A DNA stretch of 64,000 nt. It comes from Thalassobaculaceae bacterium (lineage in GTDB: Bacteria > Pseudomonadota > Alphaproteobacteria > Thalassobaculales > Thalassobaculaceae). The notes under the pieces were generated by a model. That model saw only the letters and a program-made list of their open reading frames with translations. It was not told where the DNA came from and made no database searches. Positions 1 through 12,137 of this stretch are shown here, piece by piece. A program made the translations under genes and the position numbers. How positions within the stretch are numbered: position 1 is the stretch's first letter; each line of letters opens with the position of its first letter. The stretch is taken from assembly GCA_963422445.2 (NCBI GenBank), contig OY729512.2, positions 4,787,566-4,851,565 of the forward strand. Direction: 5' to 3'.

Positions 1-1668
1 CCGGTAGATCTCGCCAAAATAGGTCACCATGACGGCTGGAATATCCGGCCTGAAAATGTAGCAGATCATAGCCGCACCGGTGCCGATGATGAACATTGCG
101 GTCGGCAACAACACCACCCAGAGCGGCACGTGATGAGCGCCGCCAACGGTGTCATTGCCGTCGAGAATCAACAGCGCCGCCCCCCAGAACGCGTTCCGCG
201 CGTCACCGCCGAAAAGATCATGGAAGCCCCAGCCGGCGAAAACCGCGCCAATAGCGAGAACGATCAGGGGAATCGTCATGACCCAGGGCGATTCGTGGAC
301 ATGCTCCTGAACCTCCTGCGAGGCCCGGCTCTCACCATGGAAGGTCATGAAAATCAGCCGCCAGCTGTAGAACGCCGTCATGCCGGCAGCCAGAATGCCG
401 AGCCAGAACGCGAATCCGCCGACCCCGGTGTCGCGCGCAAAGGCCGCCTCGAGAATCAGGTCCTTGGAATAATACCCGGCCAGGAACGGGAAACCAGTCA
501 AAGCAAGCGTTCCAACGATCATCAGCCCGTAAGTCAAGGGGATCCGCTTGCGTAGCCCACCCATCTTGCGCATATCCTGCTCGGCGGACATGGCATGAAT
601 CACCGAACCCGCACCAAGAAACAACAGCGCCTTGAAGAATGCATGCGTCAGCAAGTGGTAGATGCCAGCCGAATAGGCCGAGACACCGCAGGCAAAGAAC
701 ATGTAGCCGAGTTGAGAACAGGTCGAATAGGCGATAACCCGCTTGATGTCGTTCTGACAGAGCCCGATGGTCGCTGCGAAAAACGCCGTCGAGGCCCCGA
801 CAACGGCCACAAGTGCCAGCGTGTCAGGCGCATATTCCATCATCGGCGACAGCCGCGCCACCAGAAACACGCCCGCGGTTACCATCGTCGCAGCATGAAT
901 GAGCGCCGAGACCGGGGTCGGGCCTTCCATCGCATCAGGCAGCCAGGTATGCAGGCCGAGCTGGGCCGATTTGCCCATTGCGCCGATGAACAGCAATACG
1001 GTCAGCACGGTCAGCGCATCGGCACCAAACCAGAGGAAACGGATCTCTGAGCCGGCCTTGTCCGGAACCGCCTGGAAAATTTCGTCAAGGACAACAGTGT
1101 CGAACAGCAAATAGGTGCCGAAAATCCCCAGTGCGAATCCGAAGTCACCAACACGGTTGACGATGAAGGCCTTGATCGCCGCCGCATTGGCCTCGGGCTT
1201 GTGATACCAGAAACCGATCAGCAGGTAGGAGGCTAGGCCGACGCCTTCCCAGCCAAAGAACATCTGCACGAGATTGTCGGCCGTCACCAGCATCAGCATG
1301 GCGAAGGTGAACAGACTCAGATAGGCGAAAAACCGCGGATTGTGCGGGTCATGGCTCATGTAACCGATGGAGTAGATGTGCACCATGGTCGAGACCAGGG
1401 TTACCACCAGGACCATGACCGCTGTCAGGGTATCGAATTTCAGCGACCACGCCGCATCCATCGAACCCGACTGAATCCAGGTAAAAAGAACGACGATCTG
1501 CGGGTTGTGGTTGATTGCCACATCGTGGAACAGAATCAACCCGAACACCGTCGCAAGGCCCATGGCGCCGCAGGTAACGACATGCGCGCCACGGTCGCCA
1601 AGAAAACGACCGCCGAGGCCAGCTATGATGGCGCCGAACAGCGGCAGTACGACGATGGCTGTGTACAT
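1..1668 (-). CDS. nuoL: NADH-quinone oxidoreductase subunit L, 3' part runs off the window start
   Basis: Absent from the ORF track because there is no stop in the window. Manual reverse translation from the ATG at 1668-1666 gives MYTAIVVLPLFGAIIAGLGG... FFGWEGVGLASYLLIGFWYHK... with many TM segments. It lies directly downstream of nuoK in canonical nuoA-N order. Confidence 0.9.
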   Translation of the reverse strand, partial: MYTAIVVLPLFGAIIAGLGGRFLGDRGAHVVTCGAMGLATVFGLILFHDVAINHNPQIVVLFTWIQSGSMDAAWSLKFDTLTAVMVLVVTLVSTMVHIYSIGYMSHDPHNPRFFAYLSLFTFAMLMLVTADNLVQMFFGWEGVGLASYLLIGFWYHKPEANAAAIKAFIVNRVGDFGFALGIFGTYLLFDTVVLDEIFQAVPDKAGSEIRFLWFGADALTVLTVLLFIGAMGKSAQLGLHTWLPDAMEGPTPVSALIHAATMVTAGVFLVARLSPMMEYAPDTLALVAVVGASTAFFAATIGLCQNDIKRVIAYSTCSQLGYMFFACGVSAYSAGIYHLLTHAFFKALLFLGAGSVIHAMSAEQDMRKMGGLRKRIPLTYGLMIVGTLALTGFPFLAGYYSKDLILEAAFARDTGVGGFAFWLGILAAGMTAFYSWRLIFMTFHGESRASQEVQEHVHESPWVMTIPLIVLAIGAVFAGWGFHDLFGGDARNAFWGAALLILDGNDTVGGAHHVPLWVVLLPTAMFIIGTGAAMICYIFRPDIPAVMVTYFGEIYR

Positions 1669-1675
1669 CTCCGCC

Positions 1676-1993
1676 TTAGCCCTTCATCAGATTGACGTCT
1701 TCAACCGCGATCGAGCCGCGGTTGCGGAAATAGGCGACCAGAATGGCAAGCCCGATCGCTGCCTCGGCCGCCGCCACGGTCAGGACAAACAACGCGAAGA
1801 CCTGCCCCATCAGGTCACCGAGAAACGCCGAAAAGGCAACCAGGTTGATGTTCACGGCGAGCAGCATGAGTTCGATCGACATGAGAATGATGATGATGTT
1901 CTTGCGATTCAGAAAGATCCCGAAAACCCCGAGGGTAAACAGGATCGCAGCCACCGTCAGATAGTGCGCGAGACCAATTTCCCACATGGTCAC
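1676..1993 (-). CDS. nuoK: NADH-quinone oxidoreductase subunit K
   Basis: 105-aa three-TM protein ([18 protein letters not shown]...). Position is between nuoJ and nuoL, with a 4-nt overlap with nuoJ. Confidence 0.93.
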   Translation of the reverse strand: MTMWEIGLAHYLTVAAILFTLGVFGIFLNRKNIIIILMSIELMLLAVNINLVAFSAFLGDLMGQVFALFVLTVAAAEAAIGLAILVAYFRNRGSIAVEDVNLMKG

Positions 1994-2625
1994 CCCCTTT
2001 TCTGCGGTGGCATGCTGACGACATGGATCGAGTCTTCCCGGGTCCGGGCGAGTTGATCGCCAATTCGCTGGCGCCGCACCCCTTCGCGGCTGCGCAACGT
2101 CAGCACGATGGCGCCAACCATCGCCACCAGCAGAATCACGCCTGCGGCCTGAAAGAGATAGACATACCGGGTATACAGAATGGTCCCGAGCGCATGGGTG
2201 TTAGAGACCTCGGAAATCACCGGCGTCGGCGCCGCTCGCACCAGCATTGCCGAATCCGAGAGTTGCCAGGCGCCAACCACAAAAAACAGCTCAAGCACCA
2301 GCACCACGCCGATCAACGCGCCGATTGGCACATACTGCATGAAGCCCTGGCGCAGTTCGACAAAATTGATGTCGAGCATCATGACCACGAACAGAAACAG
2401 CACCGCGACCGCGCCGACATAGACGACAACCAGGATCATCGCGATAAACTCGGCGCCAATCAGAACAAACAATCCGGCCGAATTGAAGAAGGCAAGAATC
2501 AGAAACAACACCGAATGTACCGGGTTGCGCGACGCGACAACCATGACGCCGGCCGCAATCGCCACAAAGGCGAAAGCGTAGAATGCAAGAGCCTGAACGA
2601 TCATTCGCCCCTCCCCGGCGACCAC
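1990..2625 (-). CDS. nuoJ: NADH-quinone oxidoreductase subunit J (true start probably the internal Met at 2604)
   Basis: Hydrophobic 211-aa [26 protein letters not shown]... is a typical NuoJ N-terminus. Operon position fits. Confidence 0.9.
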   Translation of the reverse strand: MVAGEGRMIVQALAFYAFAFVAIAAGVMVVASRNPVHSVLFLILAFFNSAGLFVLIGAEFIAMILVVVYVGAVAVLFLFVVMMLDINFVELRQGFMQYVPIGALIGVVLVLELFFVVGAWQLSDSAMLVRAAPTPVISEVSNTHALGTILYTRYVYLFQAAGVILLVAMVGAIVLTLRSREGVRRQRIGDQLARTREDSIHVVSMPPQKRG

Positions 2626-2721
2626 CGGGTTGTCATCGATAGCACCGGCTCCTGCCGGTTTCGCGTGCCGGAACAGATCAACGCAAACGCGTCCGGCCCT
2701 TGCCGGAACACCGCACGAAAT

Positions 2722-3210
2722 TCAGCGATACGGTGCATCAGCTTCCAGATTTCGGGAAATCTCGGTTTCCCACCGATCACCGTTCGCAAGAAGCTTTTCC
2801 TTGTTGTAGAACAACTCCTCACGGGTCTCGGTGGCATATTCGAAGTTCGGTCCCTCGACAATCGCATCCACCGGGCAGGCTTCCTGGCAGAAACCGCAAT
2901 AGATGCATTTTGTCATGTCGATGTCATAGCGCGTAGTCCGCCGGCTGCCATCAGCGCGCGGTTCGGCCTCGATGGTGATTGCCTGTGCCGGACAGATCGC
3001 CTCGCACAATTTGCAGGCGATGCAGCGTTCCTCACCATTGGGATAACGGCGCAAGGCATGCTCGCCGCGAAACCGCGGGCTAATCGGCCCCTTCTCGTAA
3101 GGGTAGTTGATCGTGACCTTCGGCTTGAAAAAATACTTCAAGGTCAGATACATGCCGGATACCAGCTCGGAGAGGAGCAGGGCCCGGGCGCCAGATTGCA
3201 TAATACCCAT
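2722..3210 (-). CDS. nuoI: NADH-quinone oxidoreductase subunit I (2x[4Fe-4S])
   Basis: Two CxxCxxCxxxCP motifs: [12 protein letters not shown] and [12 protein letters not shown]. Operon position fits. Confidence 0.95.
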   Translation of the reverse strand: MGIMQSGARALLLSELVSGMYLTLKYFFKPKVTINYPYEKGPISPRFRGEHALRRYPNGEERCIACKLCEAICPAQAITIEAEPRADGSRRTTRYDIDMTKCIYCGFCQEACPVDAIVEGPNFEYATETREELFYNKEKLLANGDRWETEISRNLEADAPYR

Positions 3211-3232
3211 GATTCAGCCTCTTTCCCCGCCG

Positions 3233-4264
3233 TCAACCCATGGCCCGCGTGGGCGCGATGTCAAACGCCACCAAGACGCCCGCCGTAATGACAACCCAGA
3301 TCAATGAAAACGGCAGAAACACTTTCCACCCCAGGCGCATCAACTGATCGTAACGGTATCGCGGGAAAGTCGCTCGCACCCAGAGGAAGAAGAACAGGAC
3401 GAATGCGATCTTGCCGACAAACCAGATCGGTCCGGGAATCCAGTTGAACGGCGCGATGTCGAAAATCGGCAACCAGCCTCCGAGGAACAACACCGAAATC
3501 ATCCCGCTCATCAGGATCATGTTCGCATATTCGCCAAGGAAAAACAGCGCGAAGGTCATCGAGGAATACTCGACGAAATATCCGGCGACCAGTTCTGATT
3601 CGCCCTCGGGCAGATCAAACGGCGCCCGGTTGGTTTCGGCGAGCGCCGAAACGAACATGATCACGAACATCGGCAAGAGCGGAATCGCAAACCAGACCGT
3701 GCGTTGCGCCTCGACGACGTCCGACAGGTTGAGTGACCCGACGCAGAGCAGGACAGTGATGATGACGAAGCCGATCGAAACCTCGTAGGACACCATCTGC
3801 GCGGCGGACCGCAGGGCGCCGAGAAACGCGTATTTCGAATTGCTCGCCCATCCCGCCATGATCACGCCATAGACGCCGAGCGAGGAGATCGCGAAGAGGT
3901 ACAGGACACCAACATTGATGTCGGCCAGAACCATGCCCGCATCGAAGGGAATCACCGCCCAGGCGATCATTGCCAGCACAAAGGTGAGCATGGGCGCCAT
4001 CACGAAAATCAGCTTGTTGGCGCCAGCCGGCAGGATGGTCTCCTTGACCAACAGTTTGAGCCCGTCGGCCAGCGGCTGCAACAGGCCGAAGGGCCCGACA
4101 ACATTCGGTCCCTTACGTAGTTGGATGCCGGCAATCACCTTGCGTTCGAAATAGGTCAGATAGGCCACGGTGATCAGGAGAGGCACCACGACCGCAAGAA
4201 TCTGGGCGACGATGATCGCCGCTGGCAGGGCATAGTCGAGCAAAAAGGCGTTCATCACCCGCAC
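3233..4264 (-). CDS. nuoH: NADH-quinone oxidoreductase subunit H
   Basis: 343-aa polytopic protein with [16 protein letters not shown] and [17 protein letters not shown] motifs. Confidence 0.95.
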   Translation of the reverse strand: MRVMNAFLLDYALPAAIIVAQILAVVVPLLITVAYLTYFERKVIAGIQLRKGPNVVGPFGLLQPLADGLKLLVKETILPAGANKLIFVMAPMLTFVLAMIAWAVIPFDAGMVLADINVGVLYLFAISSLGVYGVIMAGWASNSKYAFLGALRSAAQMVSYEVSIGFVIITVLLCVGSLNLSDVVEAQRTVWFAIPLLPMFVIMFVSALAETNRAPFDLPEGESELVAGYFVEYSSMTFALFFLGEYANMILMSGMISVLFLGGWLPIFDIAPFNWIPGPIWFVGKIAFVLFFFLWVRATFPRYRYDQLMRLGWKVFLPFSLIWVVITAGVLVAFDIAPTRAMG

Positions 4265-4319
4265 CTGCCCACGCGACCGATGTCAGGCCACTGCCATCCG
4301 CCTTTCAACGGCACCACCG

Positions 4320-6413
4320 TCATTCCGCAGCCTCCATCTGCTCCTGCCCGGTCACGAAGGACTCCGTGCAAGCCGCCATGACAGCCGAGTTCCGACTGAT
4401 CGGGTCCGTCATGTAAAAATTGTCGATACGCTGGCCGAAATCCTGCTCCGACAATGCGCCGGCTTCACCAAACTCACCCCATTCAGCGACCTCAACGCGG
4501 TCGAGCGCGCCGAACCGGGGAAAAGCGCCGACCAGGATCGCCCGCAACGATTCAATCGTGTCATAGCCAAGGGTCTTGCCAAGCACTACAGACAGGGCCC
4601 GCAAGATCTTCCAGTCCTCGCGTGCGTCACCCGGCGGGAAGGAGGCCCGCAGACCAGCCTGCACCCGGCCTTCCGTATTGATATAAAGGCCATCTTTCTC
4701 GGTGTAAGCGGCGCCCGGCAAAACCACATCGGCGCGATGGGCGCCAGCGTCGCCGTGATGACCCTGGTAGATCACGAAAGCCTGCCCAAGCTTCTGCATA
4801 TCGATCTCGTCGGCCCCAAGCAGATAAACCAGTTCAATGTCGCCCTTGGTCGCGCCTTCAAGAATGCCGGCGACATCGCGACCGCCCGCTCCCGGCACGA
4901 AGCCCATGTCAAGACCGGCGACCCGGGCCGCAGCACTGTGCAGAATATTAAAGCCGTTCCAGACATCGCCACCCTCCTCACCGGCGATGATCATCCCGGT
5001 TCGTTCGGCCACCACACGGGCTTTCGCCAGCACCTGAGCCCCGTCATCACGAGCCAGGGCCGCCATGCCGAGAATCAGGATCGGCCGCTCCGCCGATTCG
5101 AGAACCGCCGCGAACGGGTGACTGCCGTCAGCCATTTCCTGCAGCGTCGCGGTTCCGGCACCAAGGAAGTCGACCGAATAGGTCAGATCGACCGGAGTGC
5201 CAATCGTCCCGATCTTGATGTTGCCGGCAAGCCAGCGCTTGCGAATTCGTGCGTTGAGCACCGGCGCTTCCCAACGCGGATTGGTGCCGATCAACAGGAT
5301 TGTATCGGCATCTTCAATCCCGGCGATGGTCGTATTGAACAGGTAGCCGGCGCGCACCGTCGGATCAAGCCTCGCCCCATCCTGACGGCAATCGATATTG
5401 GGAGACCCGGCCGCCGCCATCAACTGCTTGAGTGCAAACATCGATTCGGCATCGCACAGGTCGCCGGCGATCGCCGCCATCGCGGTCCCGGGCAATCCGG
5501 TCATCCGTTCGGCAATCGCAGCAAACGCCTCCTGCCAGCTGGCTTCCACAAGTCGTCCATCCCGGCGCAGGAATGGCCGATCCAGCCGCTGCCGCTTCAA
5601 TCCGTCGCAGGCAAAACGCGTCTTGTCGGAAATCCATTCCTCGTTGACATCGTCATGCAGGCGCGGCAGCACACGCAGCACTTCCGAACCACGGGCGTCG
5701 ACCCGGATATTGGACCCGAGCGCATCCATGACGTCGACCGTCTCGGTCTTGGTCAACTCCCATGGCCGCGAGACGAAGGCGTAAGGACGGGAGGTCAAGG
5801 CCCCGACAGGGCAGAGATCAATGATGTTGCCCGACAATTCCGAGTTCAGCGCTTCTTCGAGATAGGTCGTGATTTCCATCGACTCACCGCGTCCCAACGC
5901 ACCGAGATCATCGACACCGGCAACCTCGGTCGAGAATCTGACGCAGCGCGTGCAATGGATGCAGCGGGTCATGATGGTCTTGATCAGCGGCCCCATGTGT
6001 TTGTCATCGACGCCGCGCTTGTTCTCGGTGTAGCGACTGGAATGCCGGCCATAAGCCATCGCCTGGTCCTGCAGATCGCATTCGCCGCCCTGATCGCAGA
6101 TCGGGCAATCAAGCGGGTGGTTGATCAGCAGGAACTCCAAGACCCCGTGCCGGGCCTTGCGCACCATCTCGCTGTCGGTACTGATTTCCTGACCGTCCAT
6201 CGCCGGCAGGGCGCAGCTCGCCTGCGGCTTTGGCGGTCCCGGCTTGACCTCGACCAGGCACATCCGGCAATTCCCGGCAATTGACAACCGCTCGTGATAG
6301 CAGAAGCGCGGAATCTCCCGGCCAGCGGCCTCGCAGGCGTGCAATACGGTCGCCCCGGCCGAAACCTCGACCGCGACCCCATCAACCGTCAGTTTCGGCA
6401 TTGCATCCCCCAA
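4320..6413 (-). CDS. nuoG: NADH-quinone oxidoreductase subunit G (75-kDa Fe-S subunit)
   Basis: N-terminal 2Fe-2S and 4Fe-4S cysteine clusters (CYHERLSIAGNCRMCLVEV, HPLDCPICDQGGEC, CIHCTRCVRF). 697 aa. Confidence 0.95.
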   Translation of the reverse strand: MGDAMPKLTVDGVAVEVSAGATVLHACEAAGREIPRFCYHERLSIAGNCRMCLVEVKPGPPKPQASCALPAMDGQEISTDSEMVRKARHGVLEFLLINHPLDCPICDQGGECDLQDQAMAYGRHSSRYTENKRGVDDKHMGPLIKTIMTRCIHCTRCVRFSTEVAGVDDLGALGRGESMEITTYLEEALNSELSGNIIDLCPVGALTSRPYAFVSRPWELTKTETVDVMDALGSNIRVDARGSEVLRVLPRLHDDVNEEWISDKTRFACDGLKRQRLDRPFLRRDGRLVEASWQEAFAAIAERMTGLPGTAMAAIAGDLCDAESMFALKQLMAAAGSPNIDCRQDGARLDPTVRAGYLFNTTIAGIEDADTILLIGTNPRWEAPVLNARIRKRWLAGNIKIGTIGTPVDLTYSVDFLGAGTATLQEMADGSHPFAAVLESAERPILILGMAALARDDGAQVLAKARVVAERTGMIIAGEEGGDVWNGFNILHSAAARVAGLDMGFVPGAGGRDVAGILEGATKGDIELVYLLGADEIDMQKLGQAFVIYQGHHGDAGAHRADVVLPGAAYTEKDGLYINTEGRVQAGLRASFPPGDAREDWKILRALSVVLGKTLGYDTIESLRAILVGAFPRFGALDRVEVAEWGEFGEAGALSEQDFGQRIDNFYMTDPISRNSAVMAACTESFVTGQEQMEAAE

Positions 6414-6443
6414 GCCATATCCAGTCCTTAGCCGCCAGGCTTC

Positions 6444-7739
6444 TTATTCAGCCGCCCGAAGTGGCACTGTGGCGGCCTTGCGGGTTCTGATCCGGTCCTC
6501 GATTTCGTCACGGAAATGCGCGAACAGTCCCTGCACCGGCCACGCGGCGGCGTCGCCGAGGGCGCAGATGGTATGGCCTTCGATCTGTCGTGTAACCTCT
6601 TCCAGAGCATCGATTTCCTCGATCTCGGCGTCGCCGATTACCAGCCGCTCCATGACCCGCCAGATCCAGCCGGTGCCCTCGCGACACGGCGTACACTGGC
6701 CGCAGCTCTCATGCTTGTAGAAGTAGGACAGCCGTGTGATCGCCTTGACAATATCGGTCTCGCGATTCATCACGATGACTGCCGCGGTGCCGAGGCCCGA
6801 TTTCACTGCCATCAGGGAATCGAAGTCCATAAGCACATCGTCGCAGATCGATTTGGGGATGCAACGCACCGACGAGCCGCCGGGGATCACCGCGAGCAGA
6901 TTATCCCAGCCGCCAATCACACCGCCGGCGTGCCTTTCGATCAGGTCACGCAACGGAATCCCCATCTCTTCCTCGACATTGCAGGGGGTGTTGACATGAC
7001 CTGATATGCAGAACAACTTGGTACCGGTGTTGCGTTCGCGCCCAAGCCCGGCAAACCATTCAGGACCGCGGCGCAGGATTTCCGGTACGACGGCGATACT
7101 CTCGACATTGTTGACCGTCGAGGGACAGCCATAAAGACCGACAGCAGCGGGAAATGGCGGCTTCAGCCGCGGCTGACCTTTCTTGCCCTCCAGGCTTTCG
7201 AGGAGCGCGGTTTCCTCGCCGCAGATATAGGCGCCGGCGCCACGGTGCAGAATCACGTCGAAATCGCAGCCGCTGCCACAGGCGTCACGCCCGATCAGGC
7301 CGGCGTCATAGGCCTCGTCGATCGCCTTCTGCAGACATCGGGATTCGTTATAGAATTCTCCGCGGATGTAGATATAGGCGGCACAGGCTCGCATCGCGTA
7401 ACCAGCGATCAGGCAGCCTTCGATCAGCTTGTGCGGATCGTGGCGCATGATTTCGCGGTCCTTGCAGGTGCCCGGCTCGCTTTCATCGGCGTTGACCACG
7501 AGATAATGCGGCCGTTCGCCGACTTCCTTCGGCATGAAGGACCATTTCAGGCCCGTCGGAAAGCCTGCGCCGCCGCGGCCGCGCAAGCCCGACGCCTTGA
7601 CGGCTTCGACGATGTCATCCGGTGAGCGCGACAGGATCTGGCCGGTCGTGCTCCAATCACCGCGGTGGCGGGCGCCGTCCAGCCCCGGATCGAACCAGCC
7701 ATAGAGATTGGTGAAGATCCGATCCTCATCCTTCAGCAT
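6444..7739 (-). CDS. nuoF: NADH-quinone oxidoreductase subunit F (NADH/FMN-binding)
   Basis: [32 protein letters not shown] and [12 protein letters not shown] motifs. Confidence 0.95.
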   Translation of the reverse strand: MLKDEDRIFTNLYGWFDPGLDGARHRGDWSTTGQILSRSPDDIVEAVKASGLRGRGGAGFPTGLKWSFMPKEVGERPHYLVVNADESEPGTCKDREIMRHDPHKLIEGCLIAGYAMRACAAYIYIRGEFYNESRCLQKAIDEAYDAGLIGRDACGSGCDFDVILHRGAGAYICGEETALLESLEGKKGQPRLKPPFPAAVGLYGCPSTVNNVESIAVVPEILRRGPEWFAGLGRERNTGTKLFCISGHVNTPCNVEEEMGIPLRDLIERHAGGVIGGWDNLLAVIPGGSSVRCIPKSICDDVLMDFDSLMAVKSGLGTAAVIVMNRETDIVKAITRLSYFYKHESCGQCTPCREGTGWIWRVMERLVIGDAEIEEIDALEEVTRQIEGHTICALGDAAAWPVQGLFAHFRDEIEDRIRTRKAATVPLRAAE

Positions 7740-8413
7740 GCGTTCTCTCCCGCGCCCGGCGCAACGGTGTCCGCAGGTTGCGGACGGCGTGCGGCATAGT
7801 CTGCGCCATTGGCCCGCAAGCCGGTCAGCGTCGTCGCTCCGGCACTGCTCTCCGACCGGTTACGGCCAGCCATCGACCCCGGCGGCGGCGGCGCATCCTG
7901 CATCAGGACCGTCAACAGGTCCCCTGTCTTCTCGTAATCCAGATCCTCATAAAAATCGTCGTTGACCTGGAGGATCGGGGCATTCACGCAGGCGCCGAGA
8001 CATTCGACCTCAAGCAGACTGAACATTCCGTCTTCGGTCGTCCCGTGATCGTCGATGCCGAGCCTGTCACGAATACAACGGAGCACCTCGTCGGACCCGC
8101 GCAGCCAGCAGGGCGTCGTCTTGCAGACCTGCAGGAAATAGCGCCCGACCGGCTTGAGGTTGAACATCGTGTAGAAGGTAGCGACCTCAAGCACGCGAAT
8201 CGGCGCCATGCCGAGTTTTTCCGCGACCACCTCTATCGCCTTGCGCGGCAGCCAATTGTCGTGCTGGCGCTGAGCGAGGTCGAGCAGCGGAATCACAGCA
8301 CTGGCTTGCCGGCCTGGCGGATAGCGGGCAATGATCGTATCCGCCGCAGCCAGGTTTTCCAGGGTAAATTCAAAGCTGTCGGGCTGGTTCTCCGAAAATT
8401 CGTACCCGCTCAC
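7733..8413 (-). CDS. nuoE: NADH-quinone oxidoreductase subunit E with a Pro/Ala-rich C-terminal tail
   Basis: [10 protein letters not shown] ... CLGACVNAP 2Fe-2S motif. Overlaps nuoF and nuoD ends. The last ~50 aa are low complexity. Confidence 0.9.
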   Translation of the reverse strand: MSGYEFSENQPDSFEFTLENLAAADTIIARYPPGRQASAVIPLLDLAQRQHDNWLPRKAIEVVAEKLGMAPIRVLEVATFYTMFNLKPVGRYFLQVCKTTPCWLRGSDEVLRCIRDRLGIDDHGTTEDGMFSLLEVECLGACVNAPILQVNDDFYEDLDYEKTGDLLTVLMQDAPPPPGSMAGRNRSESSAGATTLTGLRANGADYAARRPQPADTVAPGAGENAC

Positions 8414-9588
8414 CGGTCGATCTCCCCGAAGACGATGTCAAGCGAGCCGATTATCGCGACGGTGTCTGCGAGCATATGGCCCTTCGAGAGAAAATCCATC
8501 GCCGAGAGAAACGCGAAACCGGGTGCGCGGATCTTGCAACGATAGGGCTTGTTGGATCCGTCGGACACCAGGTAAACCGCAAACTCGCCTTTCGGCGCCT
8601 CGACTCCGGTATAGGTCTCGCCAGCCGGCACATGATAGCCTTCCGTATAGAGCTTAAAGTGGTGGATCAAGGCTTCCATGGAGCGCTTCATGTCGCTACG
8701 CGGCGGCGGCGCAATCTTGCGGTCGGCCGTCTTGACCGGACCAGCCGGCAAACGCTTGACGCACTGGTTGATGATACGGAGGCTTTGGCGCATCTCCTCG
8801 ACCCGGACGAGATACCGGGCATAACAGTCGCCGGTCTTGCCGACCGGCAGGTCGAACTCCATCTCATCGTAGACATCATAGGGTTGCGTCTTGCGCAGAT
8901 CCCAACTTACGCCCGATGCCCGCAGGCAAGGCCCGGTGAAGCCCAGGCCAAAAGCGTCGTCACGGCTGACAACGCCGATATCGACGGTGCGTTGTTTGAA
9001 AATCCGGTTGTTGGTCAGCAGACTTTCCATGTCGTCAATGAAGCGCGGGAAATCCTCGGCCCATCTGGCGATGTCGTCGAGCAGGCCAACCGGCAGATCC
9101 TGGTGAACGCCGCCGGGGCGAAAATACGCGGCATGCAAGCGGGCGCCGCAGGCGCGCTCGTAGAACTCCATCAGGATCTCACGTTCTTCGAAGCCCCAGA
9201 GCAGAGGCGTCATCGCGCCGACATCAAGGGCGAAGGTTGTGACGTTCAGGATGTGATTGAGAATCCGCGACAACTCGGCGTACAGCACCCGGATATACTG
9301 GCCACGCCGCGGCACTTCGAGATCGAGAAGTTTTTCGACAGCCAGGGCATAGGCATGTTCCTGGGCCATTGGCGCGACATAGTCGAGCCGATCGAAATAC
9401 GGGACCGCTTGCAGATAGGTCTTGTGCTCGATCAGCTTTTCGGTTCCGCGGTGCAGCAGTCCGATATGCGGGTCGGCGCGCTCGACGACTTCGCCGTCCA
9501 TTTCGAGGACAAGGCGAAGCACGCCATGAGCCGCCGGATGCTGCGGTCCGAAATTCAGGGTCAGGGGCTTTATCCGGGTTTCGACCAT
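8410..9588 (-). CDS. nuoD: NADH-quinone oxidoreductase subunit D
   Basis: [23 protein letters not shown]... 49-kDa subunit signature. 392 aa. Confidence 0.95.
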   Translation of the reverse strand: MVETRIKPLTLNFGPQHPAAHGVLRLVLEMDGEVVERADPHIGLLHRGTEKLIEHKTYLQAVPYFDRLDYVAPMAQEHAYALAVEKLLDLEVPRRGQYIRVLYAELSRILNHILNVTTFALDVGAMTPLLWGFEEREILMEFYERACGARLHAAYFRPGGVHQDLPVGLLDDIARWAEDFPRFIDDMESLLTNNRIFKQRTVDIGVVSRDDAFGLGFTGPCLRASGVSWDLRKTQPYDVYDEMEFDLPVGKTGDCYARYLVRVEEMRQSLRIINQCVKRLPAGPVKTADRKIAPPPRSDMKRSMEALIHHFKLYTEGYHVPAGETYTGVEAPKGEFAVYLVSDGSNKPYRCKIRAPGFAFLSAMDFLSKGHMLADTVAIIGSLDIVFGEIDR

Positions 9589-10220
9589 CAGTCGCTTGCC
9601 GGTGTCTCTCTCACCGCCTTTTCGTCACCTGCCAAGGCCGCCTGCGCGCCTTCCCACGGGCTCATGAAGTCGAAACTCCGGAAATCCTGGGTCAGTCTGA
9701 CCGGCTCATAGATCACGCGCTTCTGTTCGTCGTCGTACCGAACTTCGACGTGGCCCGTCAACGGGAAGTCCTTGCGCATCGGATGCCCTTCGAAGCCGTA
9801 ATCCGTCAACAGCCGACGCAAATCGGGATGGTCGCTGAAGAGGATGCCGTACATGTCCCAGGCTTCACGTTCATTCCATTCGGCGGACGGAAAGAGCGTC
9901 GAGACCGACGGCACAGGCGTGCCCTCGTCTGTGGTCACCTTGACCCGAATGCGTTGATTGCGGTCGACACTCAACAGGTTGTAGATCACTTCGAGGCGCT
10001 GGGCGCGTTCCGGATAATCTGCACCGCAGAGATCGACCAGAGTCCGGAACTGGCACTGGGCGTCGTCGCGCAGAAAGGACAGAACCTTGAGGATCGCGCC
10101 GGCGGGAACCCGCAGGACGAGCTCGTCACCGGCCCATTCGACCGTAGTGATGTCGTCGCCGATCAGGTTTTCGAGATACGCGACCAGTTCGGCCAGCGCC
10201 TCGGACGTTTCAGATGCCAT
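9588..10220 (-). CDS. nuoC: NADH-quinone oxidoreductase subunit C
   Basis: 210 aa with [40 protein letters not shown], a 30-kDa subunit motif. Confidence 0.93.
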   Translation of the reverse strand: MASETSEALAELVAYLENLIGDDITTVEWAGDELVLRVPAGAILKVLSFLRDDAQCQFRTLVDLCGADYPERAQRLEVIYNLLSVDRNQRIRVKVTTDEGTPVPSVSTLFPSAEWNEREAWDMYGILFSDHPDLRRLLTDYGFEGHPMRKDFPLTGHVEVRYDDEQKRVIYEPVRLTQDFRSFDFMSPWEGAQAALAGDEKAVRETPASD

Positions 10221-10262
10221 GGCTGCTCCGCCTTCCCGTCATCCGGCCCCGGTCGCGCCGGA

Positions 10263-10811
10263 TCATCGGGCAATCGTCCCGGTGCGCCGGATCTTTCTCT
10301 GCAGCTGCATCAGTCCGTAAAGCAGCGCCTCGGCCGTCGGCGGGCAACCGGGCACATAGACATCGACCGGCACGATCCGGTCGCAACCGCGGACGACGGA
10401 ATAGGAGTAATGATAGTAACCGCCGCCATTGGCGCAGGATCCCATCGAGAGCACCCAGCGCGGTTCGGCCATCTGGTCGTAGACCTTGCGTAGCGCCGGC
10501 GCCATCTTGTTGGTCAGGGTACCGGCGACAATCATCACGTCGGACTGGCGCGGGCTTGGCCGGAACACCATGCCGAACCGGTCGAGGTCATAACGGCTAG
10601 CGGCAGAATGCATCATCTCGACGGCGCAGCAGGCCAACCCGAAGGTCATTGGCCATAACGAGCCGCTGCGTGCCCAGTTGAACAGATTGTCGGCCTTGGC
10701 GACGATGAAACCCTTTTCCTGGAGCTCGTCTCCGACGGCCTGCAGGATCGCATCCTGTTCGGCACCCGGTGGCACCAGGCGCTGCCCCGGATCGGATGAA
10801 CTCACTCCCAT
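10263..10811 (-). CDS. nuoB: NADH-quinone oxidoreductase subunit B (ORF extends to 10922 but the Met at 10811 is the likely start)
   Basis: [18 protein letters not shown] and [10 protein letters not shown] motifs. A start at MGVSSSD gives a 10-nt overlap with the nuoA stop rather than a 120-nt overlap. Confidence 0.92.
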   Translation of the reverse strand: MGVSSSDPGQRLVPPGAEQDAILQAVGDELQEKGFIVAKADNLFNWARSGSLWPMTFGLACCAVEMMHSAASRYDLDRFGMVFRPSPRQSDVMIVAGTLTNKMAPALRKVYDQMAEPRWVLSMGSCANGGGYYHYSYSVVRGCDRIVPVDVYVPGCPPTAEALLYGLMQLQRKIRRTGTIAR

Positions 10812-11167
10812 TCCAGGCCCCCTTTTCTCCATTCGTAAACGAATCCGACGGTCAGGACACCGAGAAAGACCATCATCGACCAGAAGCCGTAGACGCCGAT
10901 CGCACCGAGCGATACCGCCCACGGAAACAGAAAGGCCACTTCGAGATCGAAGATGATGAAGAGAATGGCGACCAGATAGAACCGGATGTCGAATTGTCCG
11001 CGCGAATCGTTAAACGCCTCGAACCCGCATTCATAGGCCGAGACCTTTTCCGAATCGGGGCGCTGCGTGCCGAGCACCAAGGAGGCCACGACGATTGCCA
11101 GCGCCATGCCGACAGCAAGGCCGGTAAAAATCAGGATCGGCAGATATTCCTGAAGAAGCGCCGTCAT
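10802..11167 (-). CDS. nuoA: NADH-quinone oxidoreductase subunit A
   Basis: 121-aa three-TM protein with YECGFEAF...[11 protein letters not shown] motif. First gene of the operon. Confidence 0.93.
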   Translation of the reverse strand: MTALLQEYLPILIFTGLAVGMALAIVVASLVLGTQRPDSEKVSAYECGFEAFNDSRGQFDIRFYLVAILFIIFDLEVAFLFPWAVSLGAIGVYGFWSMMVFLGVLTVGFVYEWRKGGLEWE

Positions 11168-11280
11168 CGCTACCTCTGCCTGTCAGTTTCCTGTCGACCG
11201 CCCGGCCCCTGGATCCGATCTTGCCGCCGTGCCTGGTTCCTTGACGGACCGTCGCGAACACCAGTCCTGCAATCGGACAA

Positions 11281-11357
11281 TGGCGGGAGTGACGGGACTC
11301 GAACCCGCGGCCTCTGGCGTGACAGGCCAGCGCTCTAACCAACTGAGCTACACCCCC
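11281..11357 (-). tRNA. tRNA-Asp (anticodon GTC)
   Basis: Reverse complement folds by hand into a 77-nt cloverleaf: acceptor GGGGGTG/CACTCCC, D stem GCTC/GAGC, anticodon stem CTGGC/GCCAG with loop CTGTCAC, T arm GCGGG-TTCGAGT-CCCGT, encoded CCA. Confidence 0.92.
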
Positions 11358-12026
11358 GCAAACCCGCCGAAACCGGCTCCCTCACGAGAGGCTGTGATTT
11401 AGCAGCCCGCGCACACCCTGTCAAGCCGCCGCAAATGCCTTGCTCGGATGCACGAGCGCCGAGGACGTCGCATTCCTGGCAACGTGGTGGCCCGGTCCCG
11501 CGAATAGGTCCGGTGCCGCACGGGCCCGTTCCACCAGCCGTGCCTTCGCGTGGACCGCCACGGCTGAAAAGTCGAGCGCCACCTGGTATTCCCGGTCGCG
11601 TCGCCGCCTTGTCCATGTCCCGTTTCCTCGCCCGCATCATCGGCGTGGCGCGGACCATCAGACGCGTTGCTCCGGTTCTGCCGAGGCCGCGTTCCGCTAT
11701 TGCCGCCGCCGGCCGCAATCCCGAACCGCCCGGGTACTCGCCTCCGTGTGCGACGGATCATCCCGCTCGTGGTAGTGGTAATCTGCGCTCTGCGACGGCG
11801 ACGATATCGTCCCGGTCGAGGCTACCATCGCGAGTGTCCCGTGATAGCCTAGGCAAGAGCTCCGGCAGGCTCCGATGCATCTCCCCGAAGACGCGATTGC
11901 ACAATCGGCCGTTCAGGCTTTCATTGCCGTGCAAGATAACCCATCGGATGGCCGCCCGGACCGGGATTGGAGTCCGGTCAAGACGACCCCGGGACGCCGT
12001 AGCGCGCGCGTACTTTAAATTCGGGA

Positions 12027-12137
12027 ACCGCTTATGCACGTGGCTCCGGTGAAACGCACATGTAGCGTTTGGCGTGCCGGGAATAGTCGACATCGGGGGT
12101 AACATCGTGTGCCACCGGAGCCACGTGCATAAGCGGT
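12027..12137. mobile_element. MITE-like 111-bp element: perfect 25-bp terminal inverted repeats flanked by a perfect 8-bp direct repeat
   Basis: 12027-12051 ACCGCTTATGCACGTGGCTCCGGTG is the exact reverse complement of 12113-12137. ATTCGGGA occurs at 12019-12026 and again at 12138-12145, abutting both ends. There is no coding capacity. Confidence 0.75.

Noticed and set aside
2023-3288. Long plus-strand ORFs across the nuo operon (2023-3288, 4737-6284, 8476-9711, 9369-10493 and similar)
   Set aside because: All lie antisense to strongly supported nuo genes. Their sequences are Arg/His/Pro-rich and lack motifs.
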